Positions 1 to 10,499 are shown, counted from the stretch's first letter. The stretch: 64,000 nucleotides of DNA from Comamonadaceae bacterium (GCA_027486255.1 JAIXPL010000029.1:4367-68366), one strand, 5' to 3'. Program-made: numbers and translations. The notes: generated from the sequence alone by a model not told the origin.

Positions 1-99
1 GTGTTCCGCAACGTGCAGATGAGCTGGACCTCGGGTGACATCAAGGCCCACAGCCCCTGGGTGCAGATCTGGCACAACGCCCGCAAGGCGGTGGGCTGA
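1..99 (+). CDS. purL: Phosphoribosylformylglycinamidine synthase, C-terminal end (partial)
   Basis: Frame 1 reads VFRNVQMSW...SPWVQIWHNARKAVG*, matching the typical PurL C-terminus. Confidence 0.8.
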   Translation: MFRNVQMSWTSGDIKAHSPWVQIWHNARKAVG

Positions 100-111
100 G
101 TGGGGCCCAGG

Positions 112-363
112 TCAGGCTTCCGTGTAGTAGGCCTCGACTTTGCCCTTGAGCTTGATCAGCAGCGGCTGGCCCTTGCGGTCCAGGGTCTTGCCGGCCGGCA
201 CCCTGATCCAGCCTTCGCTGATGCAGTACTCCTCCACGTCGAAGCGCTCTTTGCCGTTGAAGCGGATGCCCACCGGATGCTCAAACACGGCCGGCACATG
301 GTGTGGGCTGCGCGGGTCAATGGAGAGGTGATCGGGCAGTTCAGGGCGAAGGGCGTCGGTCAT
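112..363 (-). CDS. DUF3297 family small protein
   Basis: LPDHLSIDPRSP...GIRFNGKER.DVEEYCISEGWIRV...DRKGQPLLIKLKGKVE; ATG at 363. Confidence 0.8.
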   Translation of the reverse strand: MTDALRPELPDHLSIDPRSPHHVPAVFEHPVGIRFNGKERFDVEEYCISEGWIRVPAGKTLDRKGQPLLIKLKGKVEAYYTEA

Positions 364-526
364 GGGTTCAAAGAAAGTGCGTGAAGTGCCTGCATTGTTG
401 CAGAGCTGCATCGACGTCCCTTTGTGGACGCTGGGTGGCCCATGCGCAGGGTGTTCTAGGGTTTTCAGCGGTGGATGGCCGAGGGTCCGCAGCTAGCATG
501 CTGCCTCTCACATCAGGAGTTTGATC

Positions 527-1504
527 ATGTCCTTCGCTGCCCATCGCCGCACCATGTTGGCCTTGTCCGTGCTTTTGCTCGCTCCCATGGCCGCGCAGGC
601 CCAGGAGCGCTACCCCGCCAAGCCCGTCACCCTGGTGGTGCCGCAGGCCGCAGGCGGCGCCAATGACGCGATCGCGCGCATCGTGGCTCAAAAGCTCACG
701 GAGATCAGCGGCCAGTCCTTCCTGGTGGAAAACCGGCCCGGCGCCGGTGGCAACATCGGCACCGCCCTGGTGGCCAAGTCGCGGGCGGACGGCTACACGC
801 TGATGCTCACGGCCGACAGCTCCTACGTCATCAACCCGTCCTTGTACAAAAGCACCGGCTTTGATCCCTTGAAGGACTTCGAGCCGGTCACCCCCGTGGC
901 CACGGCAGGCTATGTGCTCGTGGCCAACAACCAATTCCCGGCCAGAAACGTCACCGAACTGATTGCGCAGGCCAAGGCCCAGCCCGGCAAGATCATGATT
1001 GGCTCGGCCGGCAACGGCACCGTCAACCACCTGGTGGGCGAAATGCTCAACAAGGCCGCCGGCATCGACCTCGTGCATGTGCCCTACAAAGGAGCGGCTG
1101 CAGCCGTGACGGACTTGGTTGGCGGGCAGGTGCAGGTGTCGGTCCAGAGCCTGCCTTCGTCGATCAGCTTCATTCGCAGCGGGCGCATCAAGGTCTTGGG
1201 TGTGGTCAATGAAAAAAGGCTTGCCGCCCTGCCGGAGGTCGCCCCCATCAGCGATGTGCTCAAGGGCCTGGCCGTCACGCCCTGGTATGGGGTGTTTGCG
1301 CCGGCTGGAACCCCTGCGCCTTTGCTCTCTCAATTGGAAGCGCTGATTCAGCGCGCCCTCGAAGCCCCCGATGTGCGTGAGAAGCTGGCCAATGTGGGCG
1401 CAGAGCCCTATCGGCTGAGCCAGGAGCAGTTCGCGGCCCTGATCCGAGCCGAACTGCCGCGCTGGGCCCGGGTGGTCAAGGAATCGGGCGCCACCATCGA
1501 TTAA
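527..1504 (+). CDS. Bug/TctC tripartite tricarboxylate transporter substrate-binding protein
   Basis: Signal peptide, YPAKPVTLVVP.AAGG, VENRPGAGG, HVPYKG; AGGAG RBS before ATG 527. Confidence 0.92.
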   Translation: MSFAAHRRTMLALSVLLLAPMAAQAQERYPAKPVTLVVPQAAGGANDAIARIVAQKLTEISGQSFLVENRPGAGGNIGTALVAKSRADGYTLMLTADSSYVINPSLYKSTGFDPLKDFEPVTPVATAGYVLVANNQFPARNVTELIAQAKAQPGKIMIGSAGNGTVNHLVGEMLNKAAGIDLVHVPYKGAAAAVTDLVGGQVQVSVQSLPSSISFIRSGRIKVLGVVNEKRLAALPEVAPISDVLKGLAVTPWYGVFAPAGTPAPLLSQLEALIQRALEAPDVREKLANVGAEPYRLSQEQFAALIRAELPRWARVVKESGATID

Positions 1505-1799
1505 GCGGAGCTCCCCGCCCGGTTTAAGGGTGTCAGTGCACGCCCTTGAGGGCTGGGCAGACCTTGTAGAACTTGATGGGCGTCCAGGCGGGCCAGGTCG
1601 CTCGAGCTCTTGTCGGCCCTTCGGGCCGGGGAGAGCAGTTCGAGCCGGCTCGCGCGCATGGGGCCATATGATTGGGGGTTCGATGCGGATGAGCGCGCAG
1701 CGGACTCGTCAGCGGCTCTTCAGGCAAGAAGTGCGTGTTGTCATCATCTTTGCATGGCTTCGAGGCATGATGGGCGTTTCACCAAGGAGAAACTGCCTC

Positions 1800-2765
1800 A
1801 TGTTCTTGCGCTCTTTGGCATTGGTGCTGGTGTTTGTGACTGCTGTCGGTACGGCCTGGGCCCAGCGTTTTGAATTTGTCGCCCTGGGCGATCTGCCCTA
1901 TGGATCTGACAGTCAAGCGGGAGCATCCTACAGGGCATTGATCGGTGCGATCAACCGCGAAAAACCGGTTTTTTCCGTCCATGTCGGCGACATCAAGTCC
2001 GGGGGCTCGGTCTGTTCCAACGAGGAGTTTGTGCGTCAACGGGCGCACTTTGATTTGTTCGACGGGGCCGTGATGTACACCCCCGGCGATAACGAATGGA
2101 CGGACTGCCACCGCGCCAGCAATGGCAGCTATGAACCCGTGGAGCGCCTGCAGGCGCTTCGGCGCCTGTTTTTTTCTCCGGGCCGCTCGCTTGGGCAGCG
2201 TCCGCTGAAAGTGGAGAACCAGTCCAGCCTGATGCCTGCCCATGGCAGTTACATCGAAAACCAGCGCTGGATGCACCAGGGCGTGCTGTTTGTCGCCCTG
2301 CATGTGGTGGGCAGCAACAACAACCTAGACCCCAGCCGCCCCGCCACGGTGACCGAGTTCGAAGCCCGTGACCGGGCCAACCTGGCCTGGCTCCAGGACG
2401 CTTTTACCCTGGCACGCGCCCAGGGTGCACGTGCGCTGGTGGTGGCCATGCAGGCGGACCCCCTGGGGCCTTTGAATGTCAGCGGTGTCGTCGGTCCAAG
2501 CTCGGGTTTTGCCCAGATCGTGGGGCGCACTTTGTTGCCACTGTCACGTGAGGCGCCATTTCCAGTGCTGCTCATCCACGGTGATTCACACACCTTTCGC
2601 TTTGACCGGCCCTTCATGCTGCAAGGACAAGCCCTGCCGCAACTGATGCGTCTTCAGGTGCCCGGCGACCGTGATGTGCGGGCTGTGGCCGTACAGGTGG
2701 ATCTGGACCAGTCCATGCCGTTTTCAGTGCGCCTGCTTGAACCGGTGACGGCCGCGCGGCCATGA
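1800..2765 (+). CDS. Exported calcineurin-like metallophosphoesterase
   Basis: Signal peptide; GDLPY, HVGD, TPGDNEW and HGDSH motifs; AAGGAG RBS before ATG 1800. Confidence 0.8.
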   Translation: MFLRSLALVLVFVTAVGTAWAQRFEFVALGDLPYGSDSQAGASYRALIGAINREKPVFSVHVGDIKSGGSVCSNEEFVRQRAHFDLFDGAVMYTPGDNEWTDCHRASNGSYEPVERLQALRRLFFSPGRSLGQRPLKVENQSSLMPAHGSYIENQRWMHQGVLFVALHVVGSNNNLDPSRPATVTEFEARDRANLAWLQDAFTLARAQGARALVVAMQADPLGPLNVSGVVGPSSGFAQIVGRTLLPLSREAPFPVLLIHGDSHTFRFDRPFMLQGQALPQLMRLQVPGDRDVRAVAVQVDLDQSMPFSVRLLEPVTAARP

Positions 2766-2791
2766 AAAAAGCAGCCCGCAGGCTGCTTTAT
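2765..2791. terminator. Bidirectional intrinsic terminator
   Basis: AAAAAA-GCAGCC-cgca-GGCTGC-TTTAT between convergent genes. Confidence 0.8.
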
Positions 2792-2808
2792 GGAGGGCGC
2801 TGGCCGAC

Positions 2809-3594
2809 TTACTCGACCTTGGCCTTGCCGCGCAGCTCTTCCTGGAACTTGGCCAGGCGCTGCTGCTGCATCTGCTGTTGCAGCTGGGGCTTGACCTGCT
2901 CGAAGGCGGGAATCTGCGGGTTGCGCACATCGTCCAGACGGATCACGTGCCAGCCGAACTGCGACTTCACCGGCGCATCGGTCACCTGGCCTTTGTTGAG
3001 TTTGACCAGGGCCTGGCTGAACTCCGGAACATAGTTGTCGGGCGTGGCCCAATCCAGGTCGCCACCGTTGGCGCCGGAGCCTGGGTCCTTGGACTGCTTC
3101 TTGGCGATGTCTTCAAACTTGCCGCCCCTCTTGAGGCTGGCGATGATGGCCTTGGCCTGGTCTTCTTTTTCCACCAGGATGTGGCGGGCCTTGTATTCCT
3201 TGCCGCTGTTGGCTGCCACATACTTGTCGTACTCGGCCTTCATCTCGGCATCGGTGACCGGGCTCTTTTTCTGGACGTCATTAAAGAGTTCACGGATCAG
3301 GATGCTCTGGCGGGCCAGCTCGATCTGGGCGCGATAGTCATCGGTCTGCGACAGGCCCCGACGCTCGGCTTCCTGCATGAAGATCTCGCGCACGATCACT
3401 TCATCGCGCAGCTGGCCCTGAATCTCTGGCGTGACGGGGCGGCCCGAGCGCTCGATCTGGGTGGCCAGCGCATCCAGGCGGGCTTTGGGTACGGCCTTGC
3501 CGTTGACGATGGCCACGTTCTGGGCAAGGGCGGCGGTGGCCGACAGGCCCATCAGGCAGGCCACGGCGGTGGCCTTGAAAAGCTGCTTGTTCAT
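2809..3594 (-). CDS. Periplasmic parvulin (PpiC-type) peptidyl-prolyl isomerase
   Basis: Signal peptide; YKARHILV, SKDPGS..NGGDLDW, PVKSQFGWHVI. Confidence 0.92.
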   Translation of the reverse strand: MNKQLFKATAVACLMGLSATAALAQNVAIVNGKAVPKARLDALATQIERSGRPVTPEIQGQLRDEVIVREIFMQEAERRGLSQTDDYRAQIELARQSILIRELFNDVQKKSPVTDAEMKAEYDKYVAANSGKEYKARHILVEKEDQAKAIIASLKRGGKFEDIAKKQSKDPGSGANGGDLDWATPDNYVPEFSQALVKLNKGQVTDAPVKSQFGWHVIRLDDVRNPQIPAFEQVKPQLQQQMQQQRLAKFQEELRGKAKVE

Positions 3595-3665
3595 GCGAAT
3601 CCTGGAGAGTCTAGGAAATGGGAAAAAGGGGAATGGCGGGGCGGTCAGAGCGGCTGATGCAGACA

Positions 3666-3956
3666 TCAGGCCGGATTGCTTGCCTCGATGGCCAGGGCGT
3701 GAAGGCCGCGGTCCATGAAATCGTGCAGCGCATCATACACAAGCCGGTGGCAGGCCACGCGGGTCTTGCCGGCAAACGCGGCACTGGCAATGCGCACCCT
3801 GAAATGGGTGCCGTAGCCCGCATCGCCTGCACCTGCATGGCCCGCGTGGGACGCGCTTTCATCAATCACTTCCAGCCGGCTCGGGGCCAGCCTCTCCTGC
3901 AGGCGGGCCTCAATCTCGGACGCCCTGGGCAGGGTATGCAGGCCGGGCCCGCTCAT
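3666..3956 (-). CDS. bolA: BolA family protein
   Basis: DESASHAGH...THFRVRI.S..F.GK.RV..HRLVY.AL...LHALAI; ATGA overlap with ispZ. Confidence 0.9.
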   Translation of the reverse strand: MSGPGLHTLPRASEIEARLQERLAPSRLEVIDESASHAGHAGAGDAGYGTHFRVRIASAAFAGKTRVACHRLVYDALHDFMDRGLHALAIEASNPA

Positions 3957-4594
3957 GGCCGCTCCTGCTGGGAGTCGGCCTGTTCGGGCTGAAGGTACTT
4001 GCCCAGCACCAGGGCCTGGGCCAGCACGAAGGCCAGCATCAGTCCGATGCCACCGAAGAGCTTGAAGTTCACCCAGACGCTGGTGGAGAAGCTGTAGGCC
4101 ACCCAGATGTTCAGGAAGCCCATGACCGTGAAGAAGGCCACCCAGGCCAGGTTCACCCGACTCCAGATGGCCTCGGGCAGGCGCATCTGCTGGCCCATCA
4201 AGGCGCGGATGCCGTTCTTGCCCAGGAGCTGGCCCACCAGCAGGGCACCGCCCATCACCCAGTACAGCACGGTGGGTTTCCACTTGATGAAGGCCTCGCT
4301 GTGGAAATAAATGGTGGCCCCGCCCAGCACAGTGACCAAGCCCAGGCTGACCCACAGCATGTTGTCCACCTTCTGCCCACGCGACATGAGGTAGGCGATC
4401 TGCAGCAAGGTGGCGGCGATCACCACCACGGTGGCCAGCAGCACCGGCGCCTCGCTCGGGCCCACCACACCGCCGGCAACCATGAAGCCCAGCCACTCGG
4501 TGGCCGTGGCAGCGGCCCAGTCGGGCTGGCCTTCCGCGTACTTGAACATGCCGAAGAACAGCACGATGGGAAGGAAGTCGAGAAGTATCTTCAT
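3953..4594 (-). CDS. ispZ: Septation protein A (YciB/IspZ), inner membrane
   Basis: MKILLDFLPIVLFF, FIKWKPT, WVNFKLFG. Confidence 0.93.
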   Translation of the reverse strand: MKILLDFLPIVLFFGMFKYAEGQPDWAAATATEWLGFMVAGGVVGPSEAPVLLATVVVIAATLLQIAYLMSRGQKVDNMLWVSLGLVTVLGGATIYFHSEAFIKWKPTVLYWVMGGALLVGQLLGKNGIRALMGQQMRLPEAIWSRVNLAWVAFFTVMGFLNIWVAYSFSTSVWVNFKLFGGIGLMLAFVLAQALVLGKYLQPEQADSQQERP

Positions 4595-4615
4595 GAGGCG
4601 ATTATCGGCAGGGCC

Positions 4616-5047
4616 TCAGCTTTGAGTCTGTTCAGGCAGAAAACCCAGGGAGGCCGAGTTCATGCAATAGCGCAGGCCGGTGGGGGGCGGACCGTCCGGG
4701 AAGACGTGGCCCAGGTGGGCCCCACAGTCGGGGCAGTGCACCTCGGTGCGCACGCCCAGCCAGGCCGAGCTGTCCTCTTTGGTCTCCACCGTGTCCCGGG
4801 CCAGCGGCGCAAAGAAGCTGGGCCAGCCCGAGCCGGAGTCGTATTTGGTGGCCGAGTCGAACAAGGGCCTGTCACAGCAGATGCAGGTGTAGGTGCCCTG
4901 GCCCTTGTGGCCCTCAAACTTGCCCGTGAAGGCGCGCTCCGTGCCTTCCTTGCGGGTCACGTGGTAAGCCAGAGGCTCGGCGCCCTTGTCGGCCAGCAGC
5001 TTCTTCCACTCGGCCTCGGTTTTCTGAATCGGATGGCTCATGCTCAC
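4616..5047 (-). CDS. msrB: Peptide-methionine (R)-S-oxide reductase
   Basis: [33 protein letters not shown]; two CxxC zinc pairs. Confidence 0.96.
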   Translation of the reverse strand: MSMSHPIQKTEAEWKKLLADKGAEPLAYHVTRKEGTERAFTGKFEGHKGQGTYTCICCDRPLFDSATKYDSGSGWPSFFAPLARDTVETKEDSSAWLGVRTEVHCPDCGAHLGHVFPDGPPPTGLRYCMNSASLGFLPEQTQS

Positions 5048-5053
5048 TCCTGG

Positions 5054-6541
5054 TTAGGAACTGCAACTGATTTCAATAGACGAGGCCCAGGCCGGCGGGA
5101 AACCTGCCAGCGCCTCGTGTTCGGGATGCTCATCAAAGGGTGACTGCAGCACCGCCAGCAGCTGCGCCACCTGAGAAAAGTCGCCGGCCTTGGCGGCGCG
5201 GATGGCGTTCTCAGCCAGGTGCTTTCTCAGCACGTACTTGGGGTTACACCCGCGCATGCGCGCGGCCAGCGCCACGGGGTCCATGTCGGCTGTGCGGGCC
5301 ACATAACGTGCGGCCCAGGCATCGAAGGCGCTGCGGTCCAGGAACAGGTCGCGTACGGCCTCCTGGCCTTGCGGTGCGTGCAGGCCGCACAGACGGCGCC
5401 AGAAAATCGTGTGGTCTATCTGCTCCTGGGCCAGCAGGGCCAGGGCATCGTTCATCAGCGCCGTGTCCTCGGGGCCTTCCACCGCCTCCAGGCCTAACTT
5501 GGCTGCCAGTTGCCGGGCCAACGCATCCTGGAACAGGCTTGGGAAGCGGTCCAGCGCCTCGAGGGCGTGCTCCTGCTGCTGAATCAGCGGCATCAGGGCC
5601 TGGCCCAGGCAGAACAGGTTCCAGTGCGCCACCCCAGGCTGGCGGTTGAAGGCGTAGCGCCCGCCGGTGTCGGAGTGGTTGCAGATGTGGGCGGGGTTGA
5701 ACCCATCGAGGAACTCGAAGGGCCCGTAGTCGATGGTCAGGCCCAGGATGCTCATGTTGTCGGTGTTCATCACCCCGTGGCAAAAGCCCACCGCCTGCCA
5801 TTGGGCCAGCAGCTCGGCGGTGCGGCCCGTCACGGCGGCGAGGAACTCGGCATAAGGTCTGTCGCTGGCCCCGCATTCGGGGTAGAAGCGGCCGATCACA
5901 TGGTCGGCCAGGGTCCGCAGCTGCTCGGTCTTGCCGCTGTGGCTGAAATGCTCAAAGTGCCCGAATCGCAGGAAGCTGGGCGCAGTGCGCGTGACCACAG
6001 CAGCCGTTTCAACCTCCTCGCGCACCACGGCCGCCGGCGAGCCGGCCAGGGCCAGCGCACGGGTGGTGGGAATGCCCAGGCCGTGCATGGCTTCCGAGCA
6101 CAGGTACTCACGGATCGACGAGCGCAGCACCGCGCGGCCATCACCCATGCGCGAGTAGGGCGTGCGCCCGGCGCCCTTGAGCTGCACTTCCATGCCGCCC
6201 TGCGGGGTCTGCAGTTCACCCAGCAAGAGTGCCCGCCCGTCGCCCAGCTGTCCGGCCCAGTGCCCGAACTGGTGACCGCTGTACACACTGGCCAGTGGCT
6301 GACTGCCCGGCAGCACGGCAGAGCCTGCAAGGCCCATCAGCGCCTCCTGCGAGGCCAGCCAGTGCTCATCGAGGCCCAGCTCGCGGGCCAGGGCTTCGTT
6401 GCGGCTGATCCAGAAGGGAGCGGGCAGGGGCTGCGGCGGCAGGTGGGTGTAAAAGGCCGGGCCCAGTGCCTCAAAAGCGGGCTTCCATGATGCAGGGCGG
6501 GGCAGGGTGGTACCGGGCTGGCCCGGCGCAAGAGAACTCAT
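5054..6541 (-). CDS. selO: Protein adenylyltransferase SelO/YdiU
   Basis: [49 protein letters not shown]-terminal SCSS. Confidence 0.95.
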   Translation of the reverse strand: MSSLAPGQPGTTLPRPASWKPAFEALGPAFYTHLPPQPLPAPFWISRNEALARELGLDEHWLASQEALMGLAGSAVLPGSQPLASVYSGHQFGHWAGQLGDGRALLLGELQTPQGGMEVQLKGAGRTPYSRMGDGRAVLRSSIREYLCSEAMHGLGIPTTRALALAGSPAAVVREEVETAAVVTRTAPSFLRFGHFEHFSHSGKTEQLRTLADHVIGRFYPECGASDRPYAEFLAAVTGRTAELLAQWQAVGFCHGVMNTDNMSILGLTIDYGPFEFLDGFNPAHICNHSDTGGRYAFNRQPGVAHWNLFCLGQALMPLIQQQEHALEALDRFPSLFQDALARQLAAKLGLEAVEGPEDTALMNDALALLAQEQIDHTIFWRRLCGLHAPQGQEAVRDLFLDRSAFDAWAARYVARTADMDPVALAARMRGCNPKYVLRKHLAENAIRAAKAGDFSQVAQLLAVLQSPFDEHPEHEALAGFPPAWASSIEISCSS

Positions 6542-6698
6542 GGACCGATTGTCGGCTACTGGGCTGCGGCCAGTCGGCCTGTGCGCGATACCGCCCCTGC
6601 CTCAGGGGCAATCCCCATGGCCCGATGCAACCGCCAAGGGCATCATGCAGGCCTTTGCTGTTCATGCGCGCAAACCGCCCCACCCAAGAGAGAACCCC

Positions 6699-8327
6699 AT
6701 GCTCGGCCTGATGCAGAACCAGCCCCTCCTGATTTCCTCGCTCATCGAGTTTGCCGAGCGCCACCACGGTGATGCTGAAATCGTCTCGCGCCGCGTCGAG
6801 GGCGACATCCACCGTTACACCTACCGGGATGCCGCTCGCCGCGCCCGCCAGGTTGCCAACGCGCTCGATACCCTGGGCCTGGCCTTCAGCGACCGGGTGG
6901 CCACACTGGCCTGGAACGGCTACCGCCACTTCGAGCTGTACTACGGTGTGAGCGGCTCGGGCCGGGTGCTGCACACCATCAACCCGCGCCTGCATCCCGA
7001 GCAGATCGCCTGGATCGCCAACCATGCCGAAGACCAGGTGCTGTGCTTCGACCTGAGCTTTCTGCCCATCGTGCAGTCCATCCATGCCCATTGCAGCACC
7101 ATCCGGCATTTCATCGCGCTGTGCGATGCCGACCGGCTGCCCCAGGACAGCGGCATTCCCAACCTTCAAAGCTACGAGGCCTGGATGGGTGGGCATAGCG
7201 ATCGTTACAGCTGGCCCAGTTTTGATGAAAACAGCGCCTCGAGCATGTGCTACACGTCCGGCACCACGGGCCATCCCAAGGCCGCCCTCTATAGCCACCG
7301 CTCCACGCTGCTGCATGCCTACGCCTCGGCCTTGCCTGATGTGATGGGCCTGTCGGCGCGCGATTCGGTGCTGCCCGTCGTGCCCATGTTCCATGTCAAC
7401 GCCTGGGGCATTCCGTACGCCACGGCGCTGACAGGCGCCAAGCTGGTGCTGCCTGGCCCCGGGCTCGACGGCAAGTCCGTCTACGAACTGCTCGAGGCTG
7501 AGAAGGTCACCTACGCCGCCGGCGTGCCCACCGTCTGGCAGATGCTGCTGAGTCACATGAAGCCGCAGGGCCTGCGTTTTTCCTCGCTCCAGCGCACCGT
7601 CATCGGCGGCTCGGCCTGCCCGCCGGCCATGATCACGGCCTTCCGCGAAGACTACGGCGTGGAGGTGCTGCACGCCTGGGGCATGACCGAAATGAGCCCG
7701 CTGGGCACGGTGTGCACGCTCAAGAACAAGCACCAGGCCTTGAGCGACGAGGAGCGCATGAGCATCCGCCTCAAGCAGGGCCGCGCGATCTTTGGCGTGG
7801 ACATGAAGATCGTGGACGACGCCGGGCAGGAACTGCCCTGGGACGGACGCACCTTCGGCAACCTGCTGGTGCGCGGGCCCTGGGTCGTGCGTGAGTATTT
7901 CAAAGGGGAGGGCGGCGATCCCCTGCAGGACGGCTGGTTCCCCACGGGCGATGTGGCCACCATCGATGCCGACGGCTTCATGCAGATCACCGACCGCAGC
8001 AAGGACGTCATCAAGTCGGGCGGCGAGTGGATCAGCTCCATCGACGTGGAGAACCTGGCCGTGGCCCACCCGGCCGTGGCCATGGCCGCCTGCGTGGGCA
8101 TGCCGCACCCCAAGTGGGACGAGCGGCCCATCGTGGTGGTGGTCAAGAAGCCGGGGGCCGAACTCAGCCGCGAGGACTTGCTGGCCTTCTATGAGGGCAA
8201 GCTGGCCAAGTGGCAAATCCCGGACGACGTGGTCTTTGTTGAGGCCATCCCCCTGGGAGCCACCGGCAAGATGCTCAAGACCCGCTTGCGCGAGACGCTC
8301 AAGGGCTACAAACTGCCCGGAACCTGA
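6699..8327 (+). CDS. Acyl-CoA synthetase (3-methylmercaptopropionyl-CoA ligase / medium-chain fatty acid-CoA ligase family)
   Basis: [35 protein letters not shown], terminal GK. Confidence 0.9.
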   Translation: MLGLMQNQPLLISSLIEFAERHHGDAEIVSRRVEGDIHRYTYRDAARRARQVANALDTLGLAFSDRVATLAWNGYRHFELYYGVSGSGRVLHTINPRLHPEQIAWIANHAEDQVLCFDLSFLPIVQSIHAHCSTIRHFIALCDADRLPQDSGIPNLQSYEAWMGGHSDRYSWPSFDENSASSMCYTSGTTGHPKAALYSHRSTLLHAYASALPDVMGLSARDSVLPVVPMFHVNAWGIPYATALTGAKLVLPGPGLDGKSVYELLEAEKVTYAAGVPTVWQMLLSHMKPQGLRFSSLQRTVIGGSACPPAMITAFREDYGVEVLHAWGMTEMSPLGTVCTLKNKHQALSDEERMSIRLKQGRAIFGVDMKIVDDAGQELPWDGRTFGNLLVRGPWVVREYFKGEGGDPLQDGWFPTGDVATIDADGFMQITDRSKDVIKSGGEWISSIDVENLAVAHPAVAMAACVGMPHPKWDERPIVVVVKKPGAELSREDLLAFYEGKLAKWQIPDDVVFVEAIPLGATGKMLKTRLRETLKGYKLPGT

Positions 8328-8340
8328 GTAATCCAGGCCG

Positions 8341-8375
8341 GTCAAATTGTTTCTAAATTTGACACAGCGTAAGAT
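8341..8375 (+). promoter_or_regulatory. Putative sigma70 promoter overlapped by an inverted-repeat operator
   Basis: GTCAAATT-N7-AATTTGAC (8341-8363); TTGTTT (8347)-17 bp-TAAGAT (8370); AT-rich patch in GC-rich DNA. Confidence 0.55.
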
Positions 8376-8427
8376 AAGGTGATCAGAGTGTTTTGCCCAG
8401 CGGCCAAGCCTCTTTCTTCTTCGACGC

Positions 8428-9258
8428 ATGACCTTCGACGACCTTCAGACCACCTTCCGCAACCTGAGGCAGCCCTGGCCCCAGGCCTGGCCCGGGCTTG
8501 CCCTGGTGCTGGAGCGGTGCCTGGGCCGCCTGGGACATGCTCCGCGGCAAGCCCTCGCGGCCGGGGACCGATCCATCCACGCCTGCATGCAGGAGCTGGC
8601 GCAGCTCATCGAGCACGACGGCCGCAGCCGCCATGCGCTGGGCCAGGAGCCGGCCTACCACAACCGCCTGCACATGGCCGATGCGCTGGTGGCTCTGACC
8701 AGCCTCCTGCTGCTCAGCCGCGAGAACGAACCCTCGAACACGCGGCCCAGCCACGCCGAATGGGTGGCCATGCTGGCCATGCTGGGCCACGATTACCTGC
8801 ACGACGGCACCATCAACCAGAGCCCCAGCCAGCTGGAGTTGCGTTCGGCCGACGCCCTGGCCCCGCTCATGGCCCGCCACGGCGTGGCCGCAGCCGACCG
8901 TGCCCTGGTGCGTGAGTTCATCCTCCTGACCGACCCAACCAAGGTGTCGGCTTCGCACCAGCGCATTGCCTCTCGGCCCTTTTCGATCACCGACCCGGAT
9001 TGCCTGGCCGTGCTGGTGCAGGAGGCCGACATCCTGGCCAGCAGCCTGCCTGATCCTGGCCTGGAGCTCACGCGGCAACTGGCGCGCGAATGGCTGCCGG
9101 TGGACGAGCAGCGTGCCCGGCAGGTGCTCACACAGGCTGGCCGTATGGGCTTCCTGCGCTTTGGGGCCCTTTTTTCCAGCCCGGCCAGCCGGCGCCTGGG
9201 CATCCCGGCCATCCGCGCCGACCAGCTCGCCAGCCTCGAGTCGGCTGCCAGTGCCTGA
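8428..9258 (+). CDS. HD-superfamily protein with class I 3',5'-cyclic nucleotide phosphodiesterase motifs
   Basis: AYHNRLHMAD, GHDYLHDGTIN, QLE, ILLTD and EAD, in the same order as in PDEase_I catalytic domains. Confidence 0.75.
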   Translation: MTFDDLQTTFRNLRQPWPQAWPGLALVLERCLGRLGHAPRQALAAGDRSIHACMQELAQLIEHDGRSRHALGQEPAYHNRLHMADALVALTSLLLLSRENEPSNTRPSHAEWVAMLAMLGHDYLHDGTINQSPSQLELRSADALAPLMARHGVAAADRALVREFILLTDPTKVSASHQRIASRPFSITDPDCLAVLVQEADILASSLPDPGLELTRQLAREWLPVDEQRARQVLTQAGRMGFLRFGALFSSPASRRLGIPAIRADQLASLESAASA

Positions 9259-9296
9259 AGGCACGGTCTGAATCGCTCCCCCTTTGGACCGACGCC

Positions 9297-10499
9297 GTGA
9301 GCTCCTTGCCTTCCTCTTCCCCATCCCGCAAGCCGCCTCCGCGCGACCCGAACTCGCGCACCCCGCGGGTGGATGCGGCCGAGCGTTTCCTCTTTGCGCC
9401 CAACGCCAAGCCCACGGGCTTCGTGCTGTCGGAGGTGGCCAAGCGGCTTGAGCTGGAACTGGCCGAGGCCCATGAGCTGCTGCGGGCCAATGGCATTGAG
9501 CCGCCGGTGAACAGCACACCAGAGACGCTGGTCGACGCCGCGGCCGAACCTGTGCGCGCCGCCCCCCGCCGCTCGATGTTTGCAGCGCCCCTGCCCAGTG
9601 CCGAGTCTGCTGCGGCGCCTGTGGCGCGGCCGCCGGCCATCAAACCCAGCACGGCGCCGGTCAATGCGGGCGAGACCGTGGTCTATGAAGACGGTCAGGT
9701 GCTCTTTAACAAGGGCGATGCGGCCAACCACCTGGCCATCATCACCGCCGGCTCGGTGGAGGTGTTCGACCCGGCCGACAACCGCGTGCTGGCCACGCTG
9801 GGGCAGGGCGCCTCCTTTGGCGAGATGGCCATTCTGGAAGGCGGCGTGCGCGGCGCCTCGGTGCGCGCCTCTGGCGAGGTCAAGTGCATCGAGATCCGCA
9901 CCGAGCCTTTGCGCGCCATCCTCAAGGCCGACACGGGCCTGCTGGTGCCCACGGTCGAGGGCTTGCTGCTGCAGCAGAGCATGGCCAATTTCCTGTCGCG
10001 GCAGATGGCCAAGCCGGACGCGGCCCTGGTGTATGAGATCCTGGGTGACGAGAACCTCAATTCCGTGCAAATGCAGCGCAAGCTCAACGAGGCTTACGCC
10101 AACCCGAACTCACACGGCCTGAGCGCCGAGCAGCTCACCTACCTCAAGCTCCAGGCCACCGACCGCCTGCAGACCAGCCTCTACCGCGCGGGCCGCTCCC
10201 TGGGCAGCCCCACCCAGCCGCCCGACGGCGAGGCCTTTGTGCTGGTGGAGGGTGCCGTTGAGGCGCACGTGGGCGGCAAGTCCATCCGCCTGCGCCACGG
10301 CAGCGTGCTGGGCCTGGCCGAGGGCATCACCGGTTCGCCCTTCACCTGGTCGCTGGTGGCGCTGGAAGATGTCACGGTCAAGATCATCCCCATGGACCGG
10401 GTGCTGCGCGACCTGGAACGCGCCAATTCGGGCATCGGCGGCATCGTGCGCTACACCACCTCGCGCATTCTGGAACTGCAGCGCTCTTTTGCCAGCTGA
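9297..10499 (+). CDS. Tandem cyclic-nucleotide-binding domain protein (paralog A), no HTH
   Basis: CNB-A: YEDGQVLFNKGD...I..GSVEV...FGEMAILEGGVRGASVRA; second, degenerate CNB near the C-terminus; GTG start 9297 inferred. Confidence 0.85.
   Translation: MSSLPSSSPSRKPPPRDPNSRTPRVDAAERFLFAPNAKPTGFVLSEVAKRLELELAEAHELLRANGIEPPVNSTPETLVDAAAEPVRAAPRRSMFAAPLPSAESAAAPVARPPAIKPSTAPVNAGETVVYEDGQVLFNKGDAANHLAIITAGSVEVFDPADNRVLATLGQGASFGEMAILEGGVRGASVRASGEVKCIEIRTEPLRAILKADTGLLVPTVEGLLLQQSMANFLSRQMAKPDAALVYEILGDENLNSVQMQRKLNEAYANPNSHGLSAEQLTYLKLQATDRLQTSLYRAGRSLGSPTQPPDGEAFVLVEGAVEAHVGGKSIRLRHGSVLGLAEGITGSPFTWSLVALEDVTVKIIPMDRVLRDLERANSGIGGIVRYTTSRILELQRSFAS

Noticed and set aside
1533-1727. 64-aa minus-strand ORF in the intergenic gap
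   Set aside because: No RBS, motif or convincing codon bias.
5054-5075. Possible selenocysteine at the SelO C-terminus
   Set aside because: The codon is TGC (Cys) in ISCSS followed by TAA; there is no in-frame TGA.
6471-8429. Long antisense ORFs (652 aa here; also 33662-35737, 55209-56786 and 60919-62799)
   Set aside because: They mirror well-supported genes on the opposite strand, as expected from GC-rich codon bias, and show no motifs.
9560-9590. RRSMF in the paralog A linker as a PKA-type inhibitor site
   Set aside because: It does not fit RRxS/A spacing, only S.F is shared with paralog B, and no kinase is present in the window.
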